64,000 nt of DNA from Nitrospirota bacterium (GTDB taxonomy: Bacteria > Nitrospirota > UBA9217). The stretch is from contig CAWBNQ010000001.1 of the NCBI GenBank assembly GCA_963790205.1, positions 928,001-992,000 on the forward strand. The letters are read 5' to 3'. Below are positions 39,074 to 48,968 of this stretch, in pieces. Position 1 is the first letter of the stretch. Each line of letters starts with the position of its first letter. The notes below the pieces were generated by a model. The model searched no databases and was not told where the DNA came from. It saw only the letters and a program-made list of their open reading frames with translations. A program made the translations under genes and the position numbers.

Positions 39074-39394
39074 ATGGCAAAGAAACTGTATGTCGGAAAT
39101 TTGTCGTATAACACACACGAAGAGGATTTGCGGGAGGCATTCTCGAAGATCGGCGAGGTCCTGTCCGCCACGCTGATCGTCGATCAGACGAGCGGCAGGT
39201 CCAAAGGGTTCGGTTTCGTGGAGATGGCGACGGACGAGGACGCGGCTAAGGCGATCTCTTCCATGAATGGCACATCGTTCATGGACCGGACAATCACGGT
39301 AAACGAGGCCAAGCCCAAGACTGAGCGCTCTGGTTCCGGCGGTAGGGGTGATCGCGGCGGATACGGCGGCGGAGGAGGAAAATCGTGGAGATAA
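39074..39394 (+). CDS. RRM (RNP-1) RNA-binding protein with Gly-rich tail
   Basis: KLYVGNLSY (RNP2), SKGFGFVEM (RNP1), ITVNEAKP; AAGGAGG RBS. Confidence 0.96.
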   Translation: MAKKLYVGNLSYNTHEEDLREAFSKIGEVLSATLIVDQTSGRSKGFGFVEMATDEDAAKAISSMNGTSFMDRTITVNEAKPKTERSGSGGRGDRGGYGGGGGKSWR

Positions 39395-39645
39395 GGGTCC
39401 AGTCCCAGAACATCGAAAAGGCCCTGCGGGACTTGAAGAAGAAGCTCCAGCTGGACGGCCTCATGGGAGAACTGAAGAAGCGGCGTCATTACGAAAAGCC
39501 CTCGGTGAAAAAAAAGAACAAGCAGTTGGAGGCGGAGAAGCGACGGCGGAAGCTCCTCAAGCGCGCGCGGCCATCCGGTTCGGGACCGAGACCGGGAAGG
39601 CCGTCGCACTCGCCCGCTGCATCGAATACCCCGGCCCGAACCTGA
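39385..39645 (+). CDS. rpsU: 30S ribosomal protein S21
   Basis: NIEKALRDLKKKLQLDGLMGELKKRRHYEKPSVKKK; GTG start after GGAGG overlapping the RRM gene end. Confidence 0.9.
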   Translation: MEIRVQSQNIEKALRDLKKKLQLDGLMGELKKRRHYEKPSVKKKNKQLEAEKRRRKLLKRARPSGSGPRPGRPSHSPAASNTPART

Positions 39646-39690
39646 CGCGGGAATAATCAGAGACCCTCGTAAAAAAGGAGGTGATGAGGC

Positions 39691-39753
39691 ATGGCAGCTT
39701 CACAGCACGGTGCAAAGAAGGAAGTAAAAAAACCGAAGAGCAAAAAGAAATAA
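39691..39753 (+). CDS. 20-aa lysine-rich peptide
   Basis: AAGGAGGTG SD then MAASQHGAKKEVKKPKSKKK*. Confidence 0.55.
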   Translation: MAASQHGAKKEVKKPKSKKK

Positions 39754-39973
39754 TCTTCTCGTCTAGCCGCAAGAGCTGACCCGAGAGGTTCTCGGATAGG
39801 TGACCTGACCCTCAGGTTCCCCTGCATCCGCCTAACAATTCCGAATTTTGCAGTCGCATTCCGAAATTTCAGCACGGTGCGTCTTTGAGGAACGGCTTTA
39901 ACAGGAGAGCTACATTCTTACTTGACAGACTTTTTCACAGGTGACCATGAATGCTCCTCTTGCGGGCGACCCG

Positions 39974-42475
39974 CTAGAGTACCAGCGGGAGATAGGCGTT
40001 GAAAGAGCTGCCGTGTCCAGGCCGGCTTGTTACCGTAACATAACCTTCATGTTCCTTGACGATGTCGTAAACCATTGATAGGCCAATCCCGTTTCCCTTC
40101 CAGTCTCCCCGCGACATGAAGAACGGCTCAAAGATCCTCTCCTGCTCCGCCGGGTCAATGACTTCCCCGGTATCGCTCACGGAGACAGTGGCATACGTTC
40201 CAACCCGTCCATAGCCAGTCCGCCGGATAAAATCGGCATCGATCATGGCGCTGCCCGTAGCCACGGTTACCCCTCCCCCTCGCGGCATCCGGTCCCTCGC
40301 GTTGATCACGAGGTTCATGAGCGCGCGCTCTATTTTGATCGGATCGGCCATGACCTTCAGTGATTCTGATGAAGATCGCATCACGAGTTCATACTTCCCG
40401 GTCAGCAGCGCAGCCAGAATCTGGTGTCTTTTCCCGACAAGAGCGTTGATGTCCTGAACGGTCCGCTTCGTCTTTTCGTGTGTGCTGAAGTCCTTCAGGG
40501 TCCGGACCAGGATTTCCACCTGCTCCACCGTGAACATGATTTTCCGCGCCAGTGCGGAGTGATGATGGCCGATCTCGCCGTGTTCCTGAAGTTTTGTGAC
40601 ATGGCGTATGTCTTTCACCAGCCTTTCGAGATCGCCGGAAAGGTATGTCGCCATTCTTCCGACCGCGTCCCGTATCTGCTCATAGCGAAGCCTGCCCTCG
40701 GTCCGTTTGTATTCCGTTATATCAAAAAGGATCCAAAGGGCGGCCGCCCGCTCTCCGTATTCAACGACCGACGACGTCATGACAGCCCACCGATCATTCC
40801 CGTTCTGCTGGCGCACCCGCACTTCCTTCTCCGCATCGCATCTCTGCGGCTCGACCCCTTCGAGGCCGTTCGTCCGAACCACGGTCCGGTACTCCGGCAG
40901 GATAATGTCGTGTATATGCATCGTCATCAGCTGTTTCGAAGGATATCCCGTCATTTCCTCAGCCGCGCTATTTGCATAGACGATAGAGGCTCCTCGATGT
41001 ATAAAGACCGCAGCAGGCATCCTCTGAGCAAGCGTCATAAAGCGTTCTTCGCTCTCCTGCAACGAGGATCGTATCTTGCGAGCGATATCATTAAGCCGGG
41101 CATTTTCGAGTGCGATCGCAGCGTGCGCGGCCAGCGTTTCGAGAAACCCGACATCGCTTTGTACGAACATCTCGCCGCTCACTTTCGCACCGAGAACCAG
41201 CGCCCCCTGCAGCCTTCCCTGAAATAAAAGCGGCACGAGCGCCTCGGCTCCGATCCCCCGCATGTAGGTTTTGAGGAGAAACGTCTCCGGATCCTCTCCC
41301 GCCCCAGCCATCACCGCCAGGATAAGCGACCGGTTCGTCTCCTGCAGTTTCTTCACCGCGATATCCGCAAGGGAGCGCTGATTCTTCATGCCTAAGAAGA
41401 GACCGCGCCCCTGTCGCATGACAAAGCCGTCCTCAGCGTGATAAAGGTAAATCCCCCCATCCCTGATGCCCGGCCCGGCGCACGCCGTCTCGATCAAATA
41501 ATCGATCAGCTCATGTTCTTCCTTTTTCGCGTTCAGGGCTACGATTGCCTCACGCATCAACGGCTCGTAATTATAACGGTCGCCGATGATGAGACTGTTG
41601 ACGAGGGACTGTATCTTTCTGCTCACCGGTGTTCCGAACAGAAAGAAACCAAGGAGCGATAGAGAAATGAAGCTCGACAGCGCTGTTCCGAAAGCGGGCT
41701 CGATCGCCGTCAGCATGGACACCTGAATTCCCGAGCAGACGAGGATCAAAATAAGGGCGCTCAGTGTCCGCGAGACGATGGTGCGCATCTCAAAGAGACT
41801 GTGCCGGACGATGGCATAAAAAGTGAGGACCACCCACGGCAGGCTGAAATAGGACCCCAGTCCCGGCTCGACCCTAAAACCTCCCGCCGCCGGCATAATG
41901 CCCGCGATCGTCACCCCGCCGAACGCGAAGATCAATAAACCGTAAAAAAAATAATCGAGTTGGAACTTCTTAATCCCGGTCACATGGCGTCTGGTACGCA
42001 CTATTTCGACGATCAGCCAGAGGATCATGAGCGAGCCGGCGATGCGCGCGGGAACTTCAAGGGGGCCCGGATGATTTATGTAGGGTATCAGCGAATACCG
42101 GGGCGTGACGATCATATCGGTGAACAGGCAGAGCGCCAGAATGGCCGCCCAATAGGGGTAGAGAATATATCCTACCATGCGCGCGACCCGGCTCGCTTCG
42201 GACCTGAGGTAAAAAAGGAATTGCAGACCGGCGGGAATGGCGAACCACCCGATCCAGTTCAGCCTGGCGAAGAAAATAAAATTGTATCCCCGGGAGGCCA
42301 TGAGATACATGACCGCGGTATTCATCGAGTATGCAGAGGAAAAAAATGCGATTGCGGCGACGGATCTGTGCACAGGGTTGCTTCGCCGGTTCTGGATCAG
42401 CAGGAGGAATCCCAGAAGAAGCTCCATCGCAGAGATCGGCAAGAGAAGGTAAGCGATGATTTTAAGACTGCTCAT
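39974..42475 (-). CDS. multi-TM GAF/PAS histidine-kinase-like protein with degenerate H-box
   Basis: 7TM-like N-terminus, GAF (AAIALENARL), PAS, ALMNLVINARD, IFEPFF, GIGLS; H-box reads ATYLSGDLER. Confidence 0.85.
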   Translation of the reverse strand: MSSLKIIAYLLLPISAMELLLGFLLLIQNRRSNPVHRSVAAIAFFSSAYSMNTAVMYLMASRGYNFIFFARLNWIGWFAIPAGLQFLFYLRSEASRVARMVGYILYPYWAAILALCLFTDMIVTPRYSLIPYINHPGPLEVPARIAGSLMILWLIVEIVRTRRHVTGIKKFQLDYFFYGLLIFAFGGVTIAGIMPAAGGFRVEPGLGSYFSLPWVVLTFYAIVRHSLFEMRTIVSRTLSALILILVCSGIQVSMLTAIEPAFGTALSSFISLSLLGFFLFGTPVSRKIQSLVNSLIIGDRYNYEPLMREAIVALNAKKEEHELIDYLIETACAGPGIRDGGIYLYHAEDGFVMRQGRGLFLGMKNQRSLADIAVKKLQETNRSLILAVMAGAGEDPETFLLKTYMRGIGAEALVPLLFQGRLQGALVLGAKVSGEMFVQSDVGFLETLAAHAAIALENARLNDIARKIRSSLQESEERFMTLAQRMPAAVFIHRGASIVYANSAAEEMTGYPSKQLMTMHIHDIILPEYRTVVRTNGLEGVEPQRCDAEKEVRVRQQNGNDRWAVMTSSVVEYGERAAALWILFDITEYKRTEGRLRYEQIRDAVGRMATYLSGDLERLVKDIRHVTKLQEHGEIGHHHSALARKIMFTVEQVEILVRTLKDFSTHEKTKRTVQDINALVGKRHQILAALLTGKYELVMRSSSESLKVMADPIKIERALMNLVINARDRMPRGGGVTVATGSAMIDADFIRRTGYGRVGTYATVSVSDTGEVIDPAEQERIFEPFFMSRGDWKGNGIGLSMVYDIVKEHEGYVTVTSRPGHGSSFNAYLPLVL

Positions 42476-42783
42476 CCGTCAAGTGCTCCTCGCTCGGGCC
42501 GTTATAGGTTTGTACCATGAGAGGACCTGCTCGGAACGCAGGCCGCAGAGACAAAAATTATAGCATATCTGGGCCCTTACGTGCAATAAGGCAATTCGCA
42601 TACATCTTATTATTTATGCTTTGATCCTGTTCTTATAAGAGCATGAGGGCATTCGTAGGAAGGGCTCAGGGGCCGTTGTGTTGAACAATCTGTTCAACCA
42701 GAGCACGGAGAAACGCTTCAATGAGTCCTGGTGATGTTTTTTTTGCTTTTGCCGCTTCTGCATCTTATGGTATACTCGCATGC

Positions 42784-44304
42784 ATGATAAACGATATCAT
42801 ACCGCTTGACCAGGTGCTCCAAAAGCGGGCGACCCTGACGCCGCGCGCGATTTTTGTGAAGTTCGAGGGCACGAAATTCTCCTACCGGGAAATGGACCGG
42901 CTGGCAACGGTGTTTGCCGCGGAGCTGGTCAAGCGCGGCATGAAGCAGGGCGACCGCGTTGCCCTGCTGTGCCATAATTGCCCGCATTACATTGCCGCCT
43001 ATTTCGGGATCATCAAGGGCGGCGGCATTGTGCTGCCGCTGAACAATCTTCTGACCGCCGAGGAGATCGATTTTATCCTGAATGACGCCGGCGTCGTGAT
43101 ATGCCTGCACGACGCTGATTGCGCAGGCACGGCCCAAAAGCTGGCCCGCACTCCCGGGCGCTCCTTGTTCACGCTTTCGGAGCTCGCCCTTGCAAAGGCC
43201 GGCACGGGATCCTTCGTGTCGCCGCCCCATACGGCTGACGATGTTTCGACCATCCTGTATACCTCCGGCACCACGGGCCGGCCCAAGGGGGCCCTCCTGA
43301 CCCACCGGAACTTTCTCGCGAATGCCCAGGCTGCAACAGAGGTCATTCACATCACCCACAAGGACCGGTTCGTCGTGTTCCTGCCGCTGTTCCATTCGTT
43401 CACCTACACGGTTTGCGTAATTCTCCCGCTCATTACGGGCGCGATGATCTCCCTCCTGCCCTCGGTACGGCCTTTCGGCCGGGTCGTGAGAAGCCTCATC
43501 ATGGACCGGATCACGCTTTTCGTCGCCATCCCCACGGTCTACAAGATCCTGGCCGAAAGGAACATGCCCTTTTTCGTGAAGCTGCTCTTGAATCTGAGGC
43601 TCTGCGTATCAGGCGCGGCCCCGCTGCCCGTCAAGGTGATCCATGACTTCGAAACCGCGTTCAAGGTCCCGCTGCTGGAGGGATACGGCCTGACCGAAGC
43701 GGCGCCCGTGGTTTCGTTCAACCCGCTGGACAAGACAAAAAGGAAGCCCGGCACCGTGGGCCTGCCGCTCCCCGGGATCTCCGTCAAGGTCGTCGACGAC
43801 AGCGGGACGCAGTGCCCGCCGGGAATAGCCGGCGAGCTGCTCGTGAAGGGGCCGAATGTGATGCGGGGCTATTTGAACAAACAGGAGGATACGGCCAAAA
43901 CCATCAGGGACGGCTGGCTCTATACCGGCGATGTGGCCTCAATCGACCAGTCGGGGCACATCAGGATCATAGACCGGAAAAAAGACATGATCATCGTTGA
44001 CGGATTGAATGTGTATCCCTATGAAGTCGAGGAAGTGCTCTGCCGTCACGAAGCGATCAAAGACTGTTCCATGATCGGCGTTCCTCATGAACATGAGGAG
44101 GGAAAAGAGCTGGCGATCATGTACACGGTCATCAAAGAAGGCGCACAGGTAACACCCAAGGCGCTCCGGGAATACCTCACCGGGCACGTCGCGCATTACA
44201 AGATACCCCGCCGGTTCATCTTCACCGAAGAACTGCCGCGGACCGCTACCGGCAAGATCATGAAAAAAGAGTTGAGAAAGCAGTACCGGGAAAAGGGCCT
44301 TTAG
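42784..44304 (+). CDS. fadD: long-chain fatty acid-CoA ligase
   Basis: ILYTSGTTGRPKG, EGYGLTE, GWLYTGD, IDRKKDMII, LPRTATGK. Confidence 0.88.
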   Translation: MINDIIPLDQVLQKRATLTPRAIFVKFEGTKFSYREMDRLATVFAAELVKRGMKQGDRVALLCHNCPHYIAAYFGIIKGGGIVLPLNNLLTAEEIDFILNDAGVVICLHDADCAGTAQKLARTPGRSLFTLSELALAKAGTGSFVSPPHTADDVSTILYTSGTTGRPKGALLTHRNFLANAQAATEVIHITHKDRFVVFLPLFHSFTYTVCVILPLITGAMISLLPSVRPFGRVVRSLIMDRITLFVAIPTVYKILAERNMPFFVKLLLNLRLCVSGAAPLPVKVIHDFETAFKVPLLEGYGLTEAAPVVSFNPLDKTKRKPGTVGLPLPGISVKVVDDSGTQCPPGIAGELLVKGPNVMRGYLNKQEDTAKTIRDGWLYTGDVASIDQSGHIRIIDRKKDMIIVDGLNVYPYEVEEVLCRHEAIKDCSMIGVPHEHEEGKELAIMYTVIKEGAQVTPKALREYLTGHVAHYKIPRRFIFTEELPRTATGKIMKKELRKQYREKGL

Positions 44305-44378
44305 GGTCGGGACTCCTTTAACGTCATTTCACGTTCCTTCGTTTATGTGATGATGGACCAACATACCCGCCTCCCATG

Positions 44379-44412
44379 AACAAAGGCCCGCAAAACTTCG
44401 CGGGCCTTTGTT
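44379..44412. terminator. bidirectional intrinsic terminator
   Basis: aacaaaggcccgc-aaaacttc-gcgggcctttgtt between convergent genes. Confidence 0.85.
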
Positions 44413-44442
44413 ACGTCGAGCATCAGCGGGCCTCGAGACCGT

Positions 44443-47400
44443 TCACTGGCCGAATTGGTAATACACCATACTATTCTCGCCGTTTACGCCGATGGCCTGG
44501 AGGGAGATGATCGCGATCTTGACCGGCAGAGAGGCGCAGGTCGTCGGGAACGTAATCTGGGCCGTGGTCGAGGCTATGCCGAGGGTCGGCCCGATCTTTT
44601 TGCATACCTTGGTCGTCTGGTCGTACGTAGGTCCGGTGAACGTCTCTAAATCCATCCAGACTTGGGCGATCGCGTAGGTCTTGGGCAGCGTCCAGCTCAC
44701 GGTCAGCGGGTGCCCGAGGTTGGCGTCAGTGATGGCCGTCCCCGCAGGACTTGTGATGCTGATCGGTTCATTGGTGAACGTATTGAGCGTCTCCGTATAG
44801 GTCGCGGTCGGTGCGCTTAGCGGCGGGGTCACCACGACCGTGAATGGCGTGCCAGCTGGAACAGGCTGTCCCGAGAAGTCCATCAGCTCATAACCCTCCA
44901 TATTCATCCCGGAATCCATCGATACCCCCTGCCATGTCAACGGCGTAGCAATGGTCCAGGTACCTCCGGAAATAACAGCGCCTGCCACGATGCCCTGGGG
45001 TGCGATGACATCCGCCTCGATCACCGGCCCGCTGCTCATTCCGAACGGTCCCTGGTTCGTGTTCATCATTGCGCGGACCTGGATCTCCGCCAGGCGGCCG
45101 TTGCCGGATATGAGCCAGGCACCGCTCACCTGCTTGAACGAGAAGTCATAGGCCATGAAAGAGGTCAGGCCCCCCTGGCTTACGGCGAGCTGGAACACCA
45201 CATCCGCAAGGCCGTTTGTTGTGTCGATCGAGTTGATGCTGAGCACGGAAGTAGACAATGTCCTTCCGGCAAGGTACGAGGCAAAGAAGGTCGCGAGCTG
45301 GGTCCGGTTAAACCCGTTATGGAGCAGCGCGAGGTCCAGGTAGGGCAGCAGGTCGCTCCCGCTCAGTGAGGCGCCTTTGATAGTGACGGTATGCGCGAAA
45401 TTCCCCATCAGGGCGGTGATGCTGTCCAGCGCTGTTTGCTCCGCCGGCAGCGTCGGCACGACCGTGGCGTTGCTGCTGCTGCTGGTCCCGTTCGTGTTCG
45501 TGGTCGTGGTGGAGACGGTGACGGAGCTGTCGAGCGTCGACACAATCAGCGTTGAATTCTGGGTTGTGGTCCCGTCCGAGACCAGGACCGCGCCCGTGCC
45601 GGGATCGATTGAGACCTGGTCAAGCACTGCGTCGACGCCGGTCCCGCCGGCGCTGAAGGGAGTGGAGATGAGGTTGAAATTGCTTGCGGTCACACCGGCC
45701 TGGTTAAGCCAGAGCTGCATCATGTTCTGGACCGCGGTGCCGAGCACCGCTACCGCAGTGGGAGGAGGAGCAGGATACGTTACCGGATTGGCGAAGGCCG
45801 TGTCCATGGAATCGCCTTGTGCCCCATACCAGGACCGGATGATGAGGTCCGTGAGCGGGGTAATGTTCACGGTCGTTGCCGCTGCGGCGTCGGCGCTTAC
45901 GCTATAGAAGGTTGATCCGGTGCCGGTCGTCGCGAGCAGCAAAAAGGGCGGCGTGAGGCCGGTCGTTTCAATGCCATAGGCGCCGTTGCCTGCCGTGACC
46001 GCTGTCTGGCTGATCCCGTGAATGTCCGTGACCGTGACCGTGGCGCCCGAGATCGGCGCGCCGGAGGCCACCGTGCCTCTTGCGGTATGGGTGGCCGTTG
46101 CGATGAAGTTGAGACTGGCGATGTTCGCGCCCGTTATGGTCTTGGTCGCATTCGCCGGAGAGAATGCGCACCCGAACTTGCTCGGTGTAATGGTGTAGGT
46201 GCCGCCGCTCTTGAGCCCCTTGATGAGGTAGTTGCCGACGGCATCTGTTATGCCTGCAGCCGCGGGATCCCCGGCCACGCTGATCAGGACCCCGGGCAGG
46301 GCCGCGCTGTTCAAAGTTGCCTTGCCCGAGATGCTGTAGGTGGCGCCGGCGCTCTGTGATGCCAGGAAATCTACTCCCGTGACATCGGCGGCGCTCAGAA
46401 TAACTCCTCTGCTCAGGGGGCCGAACGTGTACCCCGTCTTGCCCGGCGTCACGCTGTAGTTGCCCAGGGGCAGCTTGCCGAAGGAGTATGTTCCGTCCAC
46501 GGCGGTCTGGACGCTGCCGCCCACTATGCCGGCCAGGGTCACGGTCACACCGGTAACGGTTGCTCCGCTCACCGTGCCGGAAAGGGTGTACACGGGGTCC
46601 GAGGACGCCGTGGCTTTGAAGTTCGCGGTCGTAATGTTCGCGGTGGTGACGGCCAGGGCCGTGCTCGCGGGATTGAAGTAATAACCAGCCTTGGCGGCCG
46701 ATATTGTGTAGTTCCCTTTGAGGAGCGTCTTAAAGGAGTACTTCCCAAGGGAGTCGGTCGTGGTTGTGTTGCTGTCGTCTCCGCCCAGCGTCATGGTGAC
46801 GCTGGTGACGGTTGCTCCGCTCACCGTGCCGGAGATGGTGAAAACGGGAAGGATCGTGAAGTTGGCGTCGCTCGTGTCCGTGGCGAGCACAACGCCGGAT
46901 TTGCTCTTGATCACAACCTTTACCTTGGCGTTCTTGACAGCGGTTACGGCAGGCACTTGCCAATCCCACGTGTACGTTCCGGGGGTAATGGCGCTGCCGC
47001 CCGAGATTATGCCGATCACGGGCCAGGAAGAGCCGCCGTTGATGGTGTACGAGACGGTCGCGCTCGCGGAAGTGTTGGTCAAACCGGAAACGAGAAACCC
47101 GATCGTGTACGTGCCGGTCTTGGCGCTCATGAGCTCTCCGCCGTTCGGCGCGGTCACCTTGAGCACTTGCATGGTAAAGGGCGCATCGGAGATGTCCGTG
47201 CCGATCATGCTGGAACCATTGTAGGCGACGATCTTCACCTTGCACGCGGTCATATTGCCCGCGGGAGGCACGGGCAGCGGCGACCACATATGGTCGGTGC
47301 CGGTCGCATTCGTCGCAAGAGAGGTCCACGTTGTTCCGTTGTTCAGGGTGTAGTAAAGATTGAAGCTTGTCGCCGTGGCGGTCGAGTCCCAGGTGATGTC

Positions 47401-48279
47401 AAACGAGCCGCCTGCCGCGAGGACATTGCTGCCGTTCGGGGAGGTCAGCCGGACGTTGTTGACGGCAAAGACCTTGTCCGACATATCGGTTCCCACGACG
47501 ACGCCTGCGTTATTTTTCGCGACAACTTTTACCTTGCAGGCGGTCATGTTGCTCTTCGGCACCGGCCAGGTCCAGGGATACGTGATGCCCATAAAACCCG
47601 GGCCGGTATAATTGCTTGCAATGGACGTCCAGGTCGTGCCGTTGTTCGTCGTGAAGTACAGATCGTATTTCTCGGCGGCAGCGGGGGCGTTCCACGTGAT
47701 GTTTACCGGGGCGCCGGCTATCAGGTTCTCCCCTCCGTTGGGGTACGTGACCTTGAGCGCCGTATTCGGGCTCACCACGACCTTGTCGAGCCAGGCAGCG
47801 TCGCTGCCTCCGTTTATCGTGAGATTCTTGGCGTATTTCCAGACGAGCGTATGGGTCCCGGTCGGAAGCGTAAAGAGCTTCTGCTGCCAGTTGACCGAGC
47901 CGCTGATCGTGCTCTTTACCGAGCCGTCGAGGGAGAAGGTCAATTTGTCATAGGTGAGCTGCGAGGACACCTTCTGATAGAACGAGAGGGAGGCCGGCCC
48001 GGTCACGGTCGTCGTGATCGAGGAATACGCCCCTCCGCCGATGGCGCCGCTCTGGGCAACAGTGCCGGAACCGCCGTTGTACAGCGTCGCAGTCACCGCG
48101 GACCAGGGCGCGGCCCCGTCCGGGGTAAACGCCAGAGGCGTCACGCCGTCCGTCTGAACGGGATTGTCGAGCGCGCCGGCGATTCCAATGCTTGCATGAC
48201 CTGAGGCGGGGAGAAAAAAGCTCAATATGAGCAATGCGCATACATGACCGATAAATACCAGATATCTCATCCGTGACAT
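44443..48279 (-). CDS. large secreted/surface protein with repeated Ig-like (PNGGE) and carboxypeptidase-regulatory-like domains
   Basis: Signal peptide, Thr/Ser/Gly-rich; three xPNG(G/S) repeats; three ISG..GxYxF..YxxTP.K.GY.F.P repeats; AAGGAG RBS at ATG 48279. Confidence 0.85.
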   Translation of the reverse strand: MSRMRYLVFIGHVCALLILSFFLPASGHASIGIAGALDNPVQTDGVTPLAFTPDGAAPWSAVTATLYNGGSGTVAQSGAIGGGAYSSITTTVTGPASLSFYQKVSSQLTYDKLTFSLDGSVKSTISGSVNWQQKLFTLPTGTHTLVWKYAKNLTINGGSDAAWLDKVVVSPNTALKVTYPNGGENLIAGAPVNITWNAPAAAEKYDLYFTTNNGTTWTSIASNYTGPGFMGITYPWTWPVPKSNMTACKVKVVAKNNAGVVVGTDMSDKVFAVNNVRLTSPNGSNVLAAGGSFDITWDSTATATSFNLYYTLNNGTTWTSLATNATGTDHMWSPLPVPPAGNMTACKVKIVAYNGSSMIGTDISDAPFTMQVLKVTAPNGGELMSAKTGTYTIGFLVSGLTNTSASATVSYTINGGSSWPVIGIISGGSAITPGTYTWDWQVPAVTAVKNAKVKVVIKSKSGVVLATDTSDANFTILPVFTISGTVSGATVTSVTMTLGGDDSNTTTTDSLGKYSFKTLLKGNYTISAAKAGYYFNPASTALAVTTANITTANFKATASSDPVYTLSGTVSGATVTGVTVTLAGIVGGSVQTAVDGTYSFGKLPLGNYSVTPGKTGYTFGPLSRGVILSAADVTGVDFLASQSAGATYSISGKATLNSAALPGVLISVAGDPAAAGITDAVGNYLIKGLKSGGTYTITPSKFGCAFSPANATKTITGANIASLNFIATATHTARGTVASGAPISGATVTVTDIHGISQTAVTAGNGAYGIETTGLTPPFLLLATTGTGSTFYSVSADAAAATTVNITPLTDLIIRSWYGAQGDSMDTAFANPVTYPAPPPTAVAVLGTAVQNMMQLWLNQAGVTASNFNLISTPFSAGGTGVDAVLDQVSIDPGTGAVLVSDGTTTQNSTLIVSTLDSSVTVSTTTTNTNGTSSSSNATVVPTLPAEQTALDSITALMGNFAHTVTIKGASLSGSDLLPYLDLALLHNGFNRTQLATFFASYLAGRTLSTSVLSINSIDTTNGLADVVFQLAVSQGGLTSFMAYDFSFKQVSGAWLISGNGRLAEIQVRAMMNTNQGPFGMSSGPVIEADVIAPQGIVAGAVISGGTWTIATPLTWQGVSMDSGMNMEGYELMDFSGQPVPAGTPFTVVVTPPLSAPTATYTETLNTFTNEPISITSPAGTAITDANLGHPLTVSWTLPKTYAIAQVWMDLETFTGPTYDQTTKVCKKIGPTLGIASTTAQITFPTTCASLPVKIAIISLQAIGVNGENSMVYYQFGQ

Positions 48280-48809
48280 AGTGTTCTCCTTCGACATAGA
48301 CATATGTAATGAGCTACCGTTAAATTATAAGTGTTAACGTTCAAAGTTCACAAGTGCACTCGAAAGCGACAGCAACTGCCTATGCTCAGCCCTTTCCGCC
48401 TTCGCGCCTGCGAGAGGGAGCTGCTTCAATTCGGTCGGAATGAGGAATGAAGTGTTTAACGCTATCCTGATTAAAGAATGGGAGCTATCATGGACAGGTG
48501 CTTCATTATACGGCTATGCAACTTATTGTCAACAAAGAAAGGCCACACTACCCAATCGGGGAGGTGAGGCGGGCTAGGTTGGAAATATGAAGTGAACACA
48601 GTGCGGAGTGTCGAGTGCGGAATGGATGACGTAAGTTCTGAATCCGGAGTGGGTAAGACTTGCAGTCACCGGGTACGTTACGAGTCAGCTTGCAAAACGA
48701 TTGAAGTGCCATAAAATGCACTGTAAGGAACAACGGATGGGTCCAAAAGCGACCAGCTTTCTACCCTACGCTGATGAGACTCGAAACGAACTTGACCAAA
48801 CCCGGCACT

Positions 48810-48968
48810 CTAACGGCGATCTCTACGATCACCGCGATCTCCATGATCATCATGATCACCGCGGTCGTGTCCTCGATGGCCGCCGTCCACAGGTACAAAA
48901 ATGGGAAAACAACCGCTTAATACGACCAACAGAATCCCGATTACCATTAATCTTATTTTTTTCATCAT
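48810..48968 (-). CDS. small lipoprotein with His/Asp/Arg repeat tail
   Basis: MMKKIRLMVIGILLVVLSGC lipobox then GHRGHDRGDHDDHGDRGDRRDRR. Confidence 0.7.
   Translation of the reverse strand: MMKKIRLMVIGILLVVLSGCFPIFVPVDGGHRGHDRGDHDDHGDRGDRRDRR

Noticed and set aside
48761..48795. Hammerhead-like core CTGATGA-gactc-GAAAC
   Set aside because: Stem II would be 1 bp, and I found no complementary cgtH-cgt segment nearby to form stems I and III. Probably chance.
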